Shown: piece after piece, positions 10,871 through 20,344 of the stretch
Layout of the letters: every line of letters begins with the position of its first letter
Position numbering within the stretch: the stretch's first letter is position 1
DNA from: a virus
Virus record (IMG/VR): IMGVR_UViG_3300030390_002309
Span: 1-64,000 of that record
Strand: one strand, 5' to 3'
DNA: 64,000 nt
Made by a program: the position numbers and the translations under genes
Notes under the pieces: generated by a model
Seen by the model: the letters and a program-made list of their open reading frames with translations, nothing else
Databases searched by the model: none
Told to the model about the DNA's origin: nothing

Positions 10871-11784
10871 AAAATCTTTTGTTCCATTAATTCGGTTTCA
10901 TTCATTACATGGGTTTCATGTAATACATTTGTTATTTTTTCAAATCCTAATTCACTAGGGTCTTTTCCTGTTATGTCTACAAAGAATACATTTAGTCCGT
11001 TTGACATAAAATATTCAGCTGTTTCTAAAGCTTGTTTTCTTGCATCTAAATCTAAACATATATAAATGTCTTTAACTCCCTTTTCAACAATTCTCTTTTT
11101 CAATGTATTAGATATTGTTTTTCCAAATAAAGGAATACAATTACGTTTAATTGCAATCGCATCAAATGCACCTTCAACTAATATAATAGGCATTTTCCAG
11201 TTAATGTGTAACTCAAACCCAACAATATCTTTCGAAGCAGGAGGATTTTTATGTTTATATTTATCTTCAGTATAATATGCTCGAGCTACGAAATAATTTA
11301 AACTACCATTTGCGTCATAACTAGGAATAATTATTTTGCCTTTATACGAACCCTTCCTACAATATCCTATTCTATATTTTAGTATATCATGAATAGTAAT
11401 ATTTCTACCTTTAAGATAATGTATAGCATTTCTATACTCCGGACTCATTTCTTGCAACTCCCATAATGGCCTATATCCTTCAGGTAAATGTAGTACCGGC
11501 GTATCTGTTGTGGTCTTTGTTGGTCTCCATTCTACATCACCAAGTAGTTCTATTAACTTAGCTATCTTCTCTCGTTGAACATTTAATTTACGAAATAATA
11601 TAGGAAGTTTTCTACCAGCAGCATTACATACCCAACAATGCCAATATTGAGTTACAATATTAACTTCCATCTTCTTTTTATCATGATGACAAAAAGGACA
11701 ATGAAATGCGATATTATCATTTGAATTTATCTTCCCGCGACCCATTACAGTTTCAAGAAGACTTATGATCGAGAATTTGCTCAT
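10858..11784 (-). CDS. DNA primase (zinc-binding domain + TOPRIM)
   Basis: CPFC...CWVC zinc finger, VEGAFD and LDLD TOPRIM motifs. Confidence 0.88.
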   Translation of the reverse strand: MSKFSIISLLETVMGRGKINSNDNIAFHCPFCHHDKKKMEVNIVTQYWHCWVCNAAGRKLPILFRKLNVQREKIAKLIELLGDVEWRPTKTTTDTPVLHLPEGYRPLWELQEMSPEYRNAIHYLKGRNITIHDILKYRIGYCRKGSYKGKIIIPSYDANGSLNYFVARAYYTEDKYKHKNPPASKDIVGFELHINWKMPIILVEGAFDAIAIKRNCIPLFGKTISNTLKKRIVEKGVKDIYICLDLDARKQALETAEYFMSNGLNVFFVDITGKDPSELGFEKITNVLHETHVMNETELMEQKILCAL

Positions 11785-11908
11785 TTGCTCATTTATTAGT
11801 TATACTTACTTCATTATCATTTTCAATACTTTCAATAATAATGTTTTTCTTAAATAAATTCAATAAAAAATTTTATTAATATGAATATATTAAAAATATC
11901 TCGTAAGA

Positions 11909-12337
11909 TCAACCTTTTGACGAGCTTTTTTTCTCCTTAAGCCAACTTTCTGGAATATTCTTTTCTGCCCATGGAATATCATGTTTATCACAATACATTG
12001 CATAAGTAGTTTTTGACCCTTTCCTTATTTTTGTCTTTGAAGATTGAAATACCATTCTAATATCTAATTCTGGATGTTGTTTCTTAATAAGTAAATGTTT
12101 CTTACGATCTTCAAGAACCCACCTACCCTTTGTTTCAACTAAGATGCCATTTGGTAATGTAAAATCAATTGTATATGTATGATTTGTTTCTGGTTTAATG
12201 TAATCTATAACTGTAGTTTCGTATTCAAATTTAATTTTGTTTTCTTTTAACTGGTCTGATACTTTATGTTCAAACCCGCTACGATAACCATGTTTAATTG
12301 CATTTGCGCGCAATTTGGATTTTGATCTCCATGCCAT
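11909..12337 (-). CDS. T7 endonuclease I-like Holliday junction resolvase
   Basis: YRSGFE, YTIDFTLPNGILVETKG, HPELDIRMVF motifs. Confidence 0.9.
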   Translation of the reverse strand: MAWRSKSKLRANAIKHGYRSGFEHKVSDQLKENKIKFEYETTVIDYIKPETNHTYTIDFTLPNGILVETKGRWVLEDRKKHLLIKKQHPELDIRMVFQSSKTKIRKGSKTTYAMYCDKHDIPWAEKNIPESWLKEKKSSSKG

Positions 12338-12364
12338 AACTTATTCCTCTATTTAATATAAATA

Positions 12365-14152
12365 TTAGTAGTCCCAACGAACAATGAAGTTCATATCAAT
12401 ATCTGGATTCTTTTGTATAGGTTGGGCCATCTTAGCTGTGGCTACCATCTCGGCTTTATCATTATATAAACCAATTGTTGTAATATATGGTTTTAATGTT
12501 CCGGATACAAATAAATTTTTACGTAATTCACCCGGGGGTAATGTTGTTTGACTTGCATCACACACATCTCCATTTGTTACTGGGCGGAATGTTGATGTAG
12601 GATTCATTGTAACATTAAATTGATCTTTTGGTACACGAACTAAACATTCATTTTCATATATTGTATGAGTTCCACGATATTTAACATCCCATATATTTCC
12701 AAAAATACCTGAACCAGAATTATGTTTAGGCAAAACTGATGTTGCAACGGCTTGACCATTCTTATAAAATACATTGCCGGCCACATTGGTTTGGTAACAC
12801 GAAGCTGACATATAATGATTATTTCCTAAAGATACTATTGCCTCATTATTTACAGCATAATCATACATTCTTATTTCTGCAAACGATTGATTCATGCCAT
12901 CAAAACGATCGGCATTTGCATTTCCAATCACTAAATCTGATGTATTAGAAGTAAAGTCTGGCAATGTAGCGTGTTCACCACTAGACCCTGTTATACCATT
13001 AACAAATACATCTAATTTGGAACCAGAATTTCTAACAGTTATATGATGCCATCCTAAAGGGTCACCCGCCACTGCACCAGATGTTGCAAAGGCAGCAATT
13101 TTTCCATCACTTGCTCCAAAACTATATACTACTGCATTACCCGATATTTGTGACGTTAAATTGATCGGCGTACGTATACCAGTTTCTGCTAAATTTTGTG
13201 CAGTTGTAAGAGCAGTGAGTAATGAAATATTATTTGGATTATTATTAACAGTACGTAACTTACGTTTTCCATCAACACTATCTAAAAATATTTCTTCTTT
13301 CACACCCCATTTGGACATTACACATTTTTTTGAGGTATCATTATTCTTATGCCATAATGATATTGTCCAATCATCACAACGACCGAATCTATCAAACTTA
13401 GTATTATGTGGTATTCTAATATGGCTACCTTGTGCACCTGTCAAAGAAATAGCAAGCCCTGAATCAGTTCTTGGTTGAGCACTACTAGTAACCTCAATAC
13501 CTGTAACAACATTGATAGAATTTTCTACAGTTGCAATCTTTTCTACTTTATTTAATTTGTAGGAAATTGTATTTTGAAATGATCCTATAGACTCATAGTC
13601 ATTAAATTGTTTATATAAATCATTAAATGACATGTAAAAGAAATTTCTACTACTTGATGCAAACTTTTTTGAATCAATTAATGGGTCTACTAAGTTACCA
13701 TTACCATCATCTGTTAAGTATGTATACGTATCTCCAATTGATGATGTTACTTGGAATGTTCCGTGTTTAATTTTTTCTCCTACTTGGCCATATGGTGCAG
13801 TAAATAACGAAGACGAATACCACAATAATCTTTGTTGTTTATCGATGTCTATAAAATCGGCAGCAAATGCTGGATTATTATTACGATAATATTTGTGATG
13901 AATTGCATTCCATACTACATGTTGATTGGTATTATCATCTGTATTAACAGGATATAATCTAGTACCAACTCCTAGTCCAGTATCTGAAAATATATGTGGA
14001 GTACTTTTTTGGTAAATTGCATTATGACGAAAATATCCATCGTTATTAGTAAAATTAGTGGATGTTACGTTATAATGCTTATAAGCTTTTACCGGCCTTT
14101 GCTGGTAATCATTTGCCTTGATAGGCTGAAATACTGACGGTATAATTGGCAT
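12365..14152 (-). CDS. Virion structural protein with LamG/ConA-like domain
   Basis: WTISLW...WHHITV...VFVNG...EIRMYDYA LamG pattern; C-terminal YITTIGLYN..AKMAQP shared with the neighbouring gene. Confidence 0.65.
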   Translation of the reverse strand: MPIIPSVFQPIKANDYQQRPVKAYKHYNVTSTNFTNNDGYFRHNAIYQKSTPHIFSDTGLGVGTRLYPVNTDDNTNQHVVWNAIHHKYYRNNNPAFAADFIDIDKQQRLLWYSSSLFTAPYGQVGEKIKHGTFQVTSSIGDTYTYLTDDGNGNLVDPLIDSKKFASSSRNFFYMSFNDLYKQFNDYESIGSFQNTISYKLNKVEKIATVENSINVVTGIEVTSSAQPRTDSGLAISLTGAQGSHIRIPHNTKFDRFGRCDDWTISLWHKNNDTSKKCVMSKWGVKEEIFLDSVDGKRKLRTVNNNPNNISLLTALTTAQNLAETGIRTPINLTSQISGNAVVYSFGASDGKIAAFATSGAVAGDPLGWHHITVRNSGSKLDVFVNGITGSSGEHATLPDFTSNTSDLVIGNANADRFDGMNQSFAEIRMYDYAVNNEAIVSLGNNHYMSASCYQTNVAGNVFYKNGQAVATSVLPKHNSGSGIFGNIWDVKYRGTHTIYENECLVRVPKDQFNVTMNPTSTFRPVTNGDVCDASQTTLPPGELRKNLFVSGTLKPYITTIGLYNDKAEMVATAKMAQPIQKNPDIDMNFIVRWDY

Positions 14153-14171
14153 ATCATCTTACTAATTTAAT

Positions 14172-15455
14172 TTAGAAGTCTAATTTAACTTTAATAAGAG
14201 CTTCTCTCGTATAATTTTTTAATAATGGTTGAGATAATTTAGCTGTTGCTAACAATTCTCTTCTTCCATTATATAATCCAACGGTTGTTATATATGCTTG
14301 AGGATCTTGTATCATAGTTTTGAAAAATAACTCTCCTAACGACCCTGTAACAAAAGAAGGATTATTAGAATAATTATATTCTGCATTCTTAACTCTAACA
14401 AAATAATAAGTTGATTTCACTTGTTCAGATGATCTAGCTTGAATACCACCATTTGTTCCAGAATCTGTTAAGTTATCTGACCCACTTAATGATGTAAATA
14501 TTTTCATTGCATTTTCACCTTGAACACCGGAGCCTGTAACTGAATTAAAATTAACACCACCTAATGATGTATCTTTATTTAATTGTTCGCCATTTAAAAT
14601 TGCTACACCATGTTGTGGATATAATAAACCATAATATACTGGTGATGTTGAACTATGAATAACTGTACCTTCATCAATTGAACCAGAAACTAGATTATAT
14701 ACCAATCCACCTTCTGTTACACTTCCTCCTGATGATAAAGATGAATCATCAATGATCTGGATAAAATTACTTGTTCCTGCTAATTTAACATTTGAACCGG
14801 TATGAGCAGAATTAGGATGTTCTGAAACAATTCCACTAGGAGCTGATCCAGATAATTGTGCTAACGATAATTCAAAATTCCCCGGATCTAATTTTTCTCT
14901 AACTCTAGATCTATTAAAGTTTAATATGTAAATCTCATTTGTATCTACTCCGTTAATTGTAAACTTCTTATCATTAGGTGCTAACAATAACTGTGCATAT
15001 TGTTTATATATTGCTCTTGTAGGAGTATCATTATTAAGATTACCTGTTAAATCTTTAGAACCTGATCCAGCAAAATGTCCATATGCTACAGATAGTTCTG
15101 AATTGGCATTTGAAGTTGAACTAGGATCACCTGTTGAAAATACTTCTTGGAAATATGTTTTTTGAGTGGAAGTTAAATTTGAAGAAGTAAACATAGAAGT
15201 TAAACTACCAGTATTGCCCGCAAACAATCCTCTTGTTACAGTTTCAATATTATTAGGTAATACATCATCAGTAGGATCAAAGTCAGTAAATATACGTCCT
15301 AATCTCTGACGTGCTTTTGCTTGCTCACGCTCTCTGATAATTTGATTAGCTAATTGTCTAGCTAAGTTCTCAACCTGAGATGTTGCAGAGACTGGATTTC
15401 TTCGTCTAAATGCTACTGGTCCTCTTCTACTTACTTTTCTATTGTATGTTGCCAT
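14172..15455 (-). CDS. Putative baseplate/tail structural protein
   Basis: C-terminal YITTVGLYN.RRELLATAKLSQP; located in the structural operon. Confidence 0.55.
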   Translation of the reverse strand: MATYNRKVSRRGPVAFRRRNPVSATSQVENLARQLANQIIREREQAKARQRLGRIFTDFDPTDDVLPNNIETVTRGLFAGNTGSLTSMFTSSNLTSTQKTYFQEVFSTGDPSSTSNANSELSVAYGHFAGSGSKDLTGNLNNDTPTRAIYKQYAQLLLAPNDKKFTINGVDTNEIYILNFNRSRVREKLDPGNFELSLAQLSGSAPSGIVSEHPNSAHTGSNVKLAGTSNFIQIIDDSSLSSGGSVTEGGLVYNLVSGSIDEGTVIHSSTSPVYYGLLYPQHGVAILNGEQLNKDTSLGGVNFNSVTGSGVQGENAMKIFTSLSGSDNLTDSGTNGGIQARSSEQVKSTYYFVRVKNAEYNYSNNPSFVTGSLGELFFKTMIQDPQAYITTVGLYNGRRELLATAKLSQPLLKNYTREALIKVKLDF

Positions 15456-15470
15456 TTCTATTTCCCTTTA

Positions 15471-16142
15471 TTATGATATTGCCGTATTTGCTGATGTAGC
15501 AGTTGTTGCAATCTCAACTTTTTTAACCGTTAATGTTACAGACGCTCTACCACCAGTCTCATTACCAATAAATAATATTGTAATTTGTTGATCTGCTGAT
15601 AACAATTCTTTTGCAGTTATTTCAAATTGCGTACCGGATACTGTAATTGATTGGGCTGCTTCTGAATCACCTATAAATTGTGGCACAGATGCAGCAGAAT
15701 TCAAAGCTCCTCTAGTTGCAACTATATCAGCGACATCTGAATCAGATAAAATTGCTGTATATCCAAATCTTCTATTACCGCCTCCAAAATTAACAGTTGA
15801 TGGAGTAATTATAGTACTTTCATTTGCATTTAATTCAATATTGTTTTGTGCAACTCTAACAACAGGAATACGTGCAGTGCCTTTTGGTAATGTAACAAGT
15901 TTATATTTTAGCATTTGAGTTTCATCTGCTAATGCTTCTACAACAGGCATATTTTCTATAGCCGCGCCGTAATATGCAGTACCTAATGGATGTTCTGGAT
16001 TATATAAGTCATAATCTATTTCATCATCTGCTAATGCAAATTGTGTAATTTTAAATTCGTCTCTACCTCTTGCTAAAAGTTCTCTACCTTTTTTAGTAAG
16101 AATTGCATCGACCGTGATTGTTGAGTTGTTTAAGTATCCCAT
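15471..16142 (-). CDS. Putative tail-fibre attachment / baseplate protein
   Basis: N-terminal ILTKKGRELLA...FKITQFALAD resembles tail-collar-fibre N-terminal domains. Confidence 0.5.
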   Translation of the reverse strand: MGYLNNSTITVDAILTKKGRELLARGRDEFKITQFALADDEIDYDLYNPEHPLGTAYYGAAIENMPVVEALADETQMLKYKLVTLPKGTARIPVVRVAQNNIELNANESTIITPSTVNFGGGNRRFGYTAILSDSDVADIVATRGALNSAASVPQFIGDSEAAQSITVSGTQFEITAKELLSADQQITILFIGNETGGRASVTLTVKKVEIATTATSANTAIS

Positions 16143-16183
16143 GTTATTCCCTATCTTTTTAATAAATATGCTTATGCATAAGT

Positions 16184-19100
16184 TTATCTAACTTCTAAAT
16201 TACCTGGATTTGTTGAATTTGGTTGATTATTAAATATCAACGTATTCGGATTAGTTTCAAACACTTCAACTACAGGTTTTTGTCCAAGTGCCATAATCGT
16301 TGTAGGTAAATTTATACCAGGTCCAATCAACCTACAACCGTCATATTTTTGATTCTCTGTCATTTGAATAAAGTCGTCCATATATCCCACTTCATCTAAA
16401 CTTCTTGAGTAATTATATTTACTAGGAACTCCCATTCCTAATGACCTACTAACTTCGGTAAATAAATTCCTAGTTCGTTTATCTAACTCTATACTTCCAG
16501 AATAATGTAATTTATCTAGACTAAAAATACTACTAGGCCTAGGTGTTAAAATAACACTTCCGGTAGGAGAGAATGTCAAAGGAGATAATGTACCTGTAAT
16601 TTCCATTGGCAAGTTTAACGCAGTTGCTGCAACTGGATCTCTTTGATATGGAAAGAATTTGTATATATGTTTATATATAGTAGCCTTATAAGGATCACCA
16701 CTAGTTAATATATGCATATTTGCAAGGTAATTACCTGTATCAGAATATCCACTACTTCCTACATTATATACTTGTACTGTATCTGTTACATTTATAGGAG
16801 AATCAATACTAGCCGTTAATAATAAGGTATCTCCTGAAACATCTTTAACTGGATCTTCTATACGACCATCATATTGAGGATTTGTAATTACTGGTTTTTT
16901 TGTTAATCTAACTTTTGCTCTTTCTAATGCATGCGGCTCAACCAAAAGTCCCATAGACTCATCAATACGTTCTGGCAATAATTGTTTTATTTGATTGAAT
17001 AGTGAATAATCAAATTGACTAAACACCCTTAGATATGCATTAATATCATTCTTATCAGAATATTTTTTCCAATACTCTTTTGAGAAGTGAGTTAAATCTG
17101 GATATTCAAATGTAAACTCATGATCTGGATCTCCAACATAATTATCTAACGTTACATCACCTATGTGATTAAATATTTCTTTATTGATTTGATCGGCTGC
17201 TGAATAAAATAAACCTAATTTATTTGTATCAATTGGAGCACGATCAAACCTAGATTTTTCTGCGGACGTTCTAGGCGAAAGTCTTCGTACTAATTCATTC
17301 TCTTCTAATCTAATTTTTTGTGACCGAGGAACATTTCCTCCTAACGAAACTCCTTGTACATAATATGTTTCTTCTACTGGCTCATAATTACCACGCTGTA
17401 CATTTGTCGGAATTGGAAAGTTTGACATTGTAGCGAAAGTACTACCCGATACTATAAAATTATCATATGGTAGTTGTGCGTCAACTATTGTTTGTGCAGG
17501 ATGTGATGATGATATTACATGATATGTTGAAACAGAATGATCAACAGCATTCAAATCAGTACCTAAAGGATAATGTCTTATTAATGTATCAAATGATGAT
17601 GTAGGATCAAGTCCGGACACATATGATGTAGGATTTGTTGTATGTAAATCAAATGCATTTTGTCCTATATCTTCTAGCCATTCTCTATATTCTTGCATCG
17701 AACCTGAATACATTATTATATCTGGTGTATTGTCATTAGAAAAAGATATAGAATTATCTTCTGCTACAAATCTTCTTAAATTTGTATTTACTTGAAACTG
17801 GTCTCTTGTAGATCCAATACCAGGATATCCACCCAAATATGCTTGTCTATTATCACTATCATTTGGCATTGCATTCCATCCATACCTATGTCCATTAAAT
17901 GTTGGCGTATAAGATGCACTAGCTCGATGGATAATTTTATCATCTATATAATCTGATGCTTGTTGTACTTGTATATGATATGTAGTATTTAAGTTTGTAT
18001 CTATATTATAAATTCCGGCATCGGATCCTGTTGCTTGCCAAAACCATCTTAAATTCCAAAAATTACCATCAAATAAAGGTACCCATTCTGTCGAACCTGT
18101 TGCCGGTTGCATATTAGCCATACCCTTACCATGGGAGTAAACAATTCTACCATACTGATCTGATCCAGAATATGAACCTGTATATTGTATTGCTATTTGA
18201 GAATTAATTCTTTCATCTGTTGACGAATAGCAATTTGTATGTGTATACAATAACATGTTTTGTTTGGTTCCTGGCCTAAATCTAAACTCCCTTGTTTGTG
18301 GAGGAATATCATCACCAGAACTTAAAAACGGCCTTACAAACCCCCATGTGCCAATATCTGTTGTATAATCTCTTACACCATGTTGTATCCTAGGAGCAAC
18401 TTCACTATTTGTTTCAGCAGCGTCGCCCGTTTGGATAAATTGTAATGCATATGAAAATCTGTCTTCAATTAACGTTGGAGCATCTTCTTGTACTTTAGGT
18501 CCTCCATATTCTCTTATACTCAATAAAGTTTGAGGAATACCATATGTATTCATTAACGCTTTAACTGATCTTGCAGTACCTTTTGTTTTAAGTAAGTATG
18601 GTAAGTTATTAACTATCCTTCTCCAAACTTCTGTTGTAATTTCTTCATCCGGCTTTGAAAATAAAGAACCGGTAGTTGCATATTCACCTGATCCAGAATG
18701 TATACCTAATTTATATTGCCATAACTGTGATGCCTGATTTCCATTTTCTAATTTCCATCCTAATGACTCTGCTATTTGATATAATGTATCCTTACTTTGA
18801 CCTAATTTAGGATGTTCTTCTGGTTTATATATTTTTGTCAAGTTTTCAATATGAGTATATAATATATCATAATGATGTCCAATCATATTAACAAATAATT
18901 CATATTCACTATTATTTGAATCTAATCTAATATGCTCTGGTATTGACCTTGTTAATGACTTATTGTTTTCAGTATCATAAAGAGAGGCAGAAGAATGCCA
19001 CCCAGTATACCATTCAGTTGCTATACTTGAAGTTGAAGGGTGTAAATATTGTTTACTACCAGATAAGTATTTAGGAAATGATTCTAAACGATAATGATCA

Positions 19101-20341
19101 GACCCTAAAAATCCTCCTTCGGCTGCATAAATTCCATCTTTGTTATTATTATCAGAATATGTAGTATGGTCTGTAAATAAACTAGATGTAGAATCATTAT
19201 ACAACCATCTTTCGAATCCATCAAAATTACCAATTACATCATTTTGTCTTTCTTGATTTGTAGTTATATTTCCTTGTAATGCATTAGCATCTTCACCAGT
19301 TGCATTACGTAATATTTCAATACGTCCGTCATAATATTCAATCAATTCTAACTTATACTTGAAGTTGGCCAATCTTTCTGCTGCCGATGAAAAATGAATA
19401 AAATTTTGAAATCCGGAATAATCTATATTTACTGCTTGGCCTAATGATCCGGAAAATATTCTATCAACTATTAATTGTGAAGTGGAAGTATTAGAAGAAA
19501 GTAAAGAGTTCCAAGTTTCAAAATCTGTTTCTGTTATAGTACCTTTTGATACATCAATATCAAAATTTGGACCTAATAATTCTCGGCTCTCACCTCCTTT
19601 AGCTCCTGGACCTGCTAATGATATATTATCAATATATGCATCTGATAATTGCTCTATTGTCCATAACTTTTGTTTTTCAAAAATATTATCTGGTAAAGGT
19701 TTATATAGCCTAGCAACAAAGTCATTTTCAGATTGCCATTCTTTTTGATTGATGATTTTTAATATTTGATTTTTGCCTAAGTTAAGAGCAATATCATCTG
19801 ATAAAGGTCTTTCTATGACCGCACCTATTATAGGATTGCCACTCTCATCATATATAATATTATCTTCAGCATCTCTCTCATATATTTTTTCTGCATATTG
19901 TCCTGACCCGAAACTTTCAATATATGATTTAACATCTAAATCTGCATCCGGAAATGCTTGTATCCATACTTCACGACGATCATCTGATATTTCTTTTATC
20001 CAAAGTCCTTGTTCTTCCTTAGACCCTAATAAATCTTTATATACATTAATTACAACTTCAAACTGGCCTCTTTCAATCCCTAATGATTGACAAGCCTTAC
20101 CATAATTAATATATATCTGACCATTTTTTACTTCAAAGTCTTCAATACAGCCACCGGCAATATAATTTGATTCAGACCCAATTGTATATAAATGTAATTC
20201 TACGACAGGTATTTGTTCAGGATTAATACGTTTAAGATCTAACTGTAATATGTCTAAATCGTCTTGATTCCATACAATGCCTCGTACTTGGCCATTGGTC
20301 TCTTGTATTTCTTCTATATTTGAAAATCTATCTAATGCCAT
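16184..20341 (-). CDS. Large baseplate wedge-like protein (1385 aa)
   Basis: LPYLLKTKGTARSVKALMNTYG resembles the P2 gpI / T4 gp7-type wedge KGT motif; baseplate context. Confidence 0.6.
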   Translation of the reverse strand: MALDRFSNIEEIQETNGQVRGIVWNQDDLDILQLDLKRINPEQIPVVELHLYTIGSESNYIAGGCIEDFEVKNGQIYINYGKACQSLGIERGQFEVVINVYKDLLGSKEEQGLWIKEISDDRREVWIQAFPDADLDVKSYIESFGSGQYAEKIYERDAEDNIIYDESGNPIIGAVIERPLSDDIALNLGKNQILKIINQKEWQSENDFVARLYKPLPDNIFEKQKLWTIEQLSDAYIDNISLAGPGAKGGESRELLGPNFDIDVSKGTITETDFETWNSLLSSNTSTSQLIVDRIFSGSLGQAVNIDYSGFQNFIHFSSAAERLANFKYKLELIEYYDGRIEILRNATGEDANALQGNITTNQERQNDVIGNFDGFERWLYNDSTSSLFTDHTTYSDNNNKDGIYAAEGGFLGSDHYRLESFPKYLSGSKQYLHPSTSSIATEWYTGWHSSASLYDTENNKSLTRSIPEHIRLDSNNSEYELFVNMIGHHYDILYTHIENLTKIYKPEEHPKLGQSKDTLYQIAESLGWKLENGNQASQLWQYKLGIHSGSGEYATTGSLFSKPDEEITTEVWRRIVNNLPYLLKTKGTARSVKALMNTYGIPQTLLSIREYGGPKVQEDAPTLIEDRFSYALQFIQTGDAAETNSEVAPRIQHGVRDYTTDIGTWGFVRPFLSSGDDIPPQTREFRFRPGTKQNMLLYTHTNCYSSTDERINSQIAIQYTGSYSGSDQYGRIVYSHGKGMANMQPATGSTEWVPLFDGNFWNLRWFWQATGSDAGIYNIDTNLNTTYHIQVQQASDYIDDKIIHRASASYTPTFNGHRYGWNAMPNDSDNRQAYLGGYPGIGSTRDQFQVNTNLRRFVAEDNSISFSNDNTPDIIMYSGSMQEYREWLEDIGQNAFDLHTTNPTSYVSGLDPTSSFDTLIRHYPLGTDLNAVDHSVSTYHVISSSHPAQTIVDAQLPYDNFIVSGSTFATMSNFPIPTNVQRGNYEPVEETYYVQGVSLGGNVPRSQKIRLEENELVRRLSPRTSAEKSRFDRAPIDTNKLGLFYSAADQINKEIFNHIGDVTLDNYVGDPDHEFTFEYPDLTHFSKEYWKKYSDKNDINAYLRVFSQFDYSLFNQIKQLLPERIDESMGLLVEPHALERAKVRLTKKPVITNPQYDGRIEDPVKDVSGDTLLLTASIDSPINVTDTVQVYNVGSSGYSDTGNYLANMHILTSGDPYKATIYKHIYKFFPYQRDPVAATALNLPMEITGTLSPLTFSPTGSVILTPRPSSIFSLDKLHYSGSIELDKRTRNLFTEVSRSLGMGVPSKYNYSRSLDEVGYMDDFIQMTENQKYDGCRLIGPGINLPTTIMALGQKPVVEVFETNPNTLIFNNQPNSTNPGNLEVR

Positions 20342-20344
20342 ATC

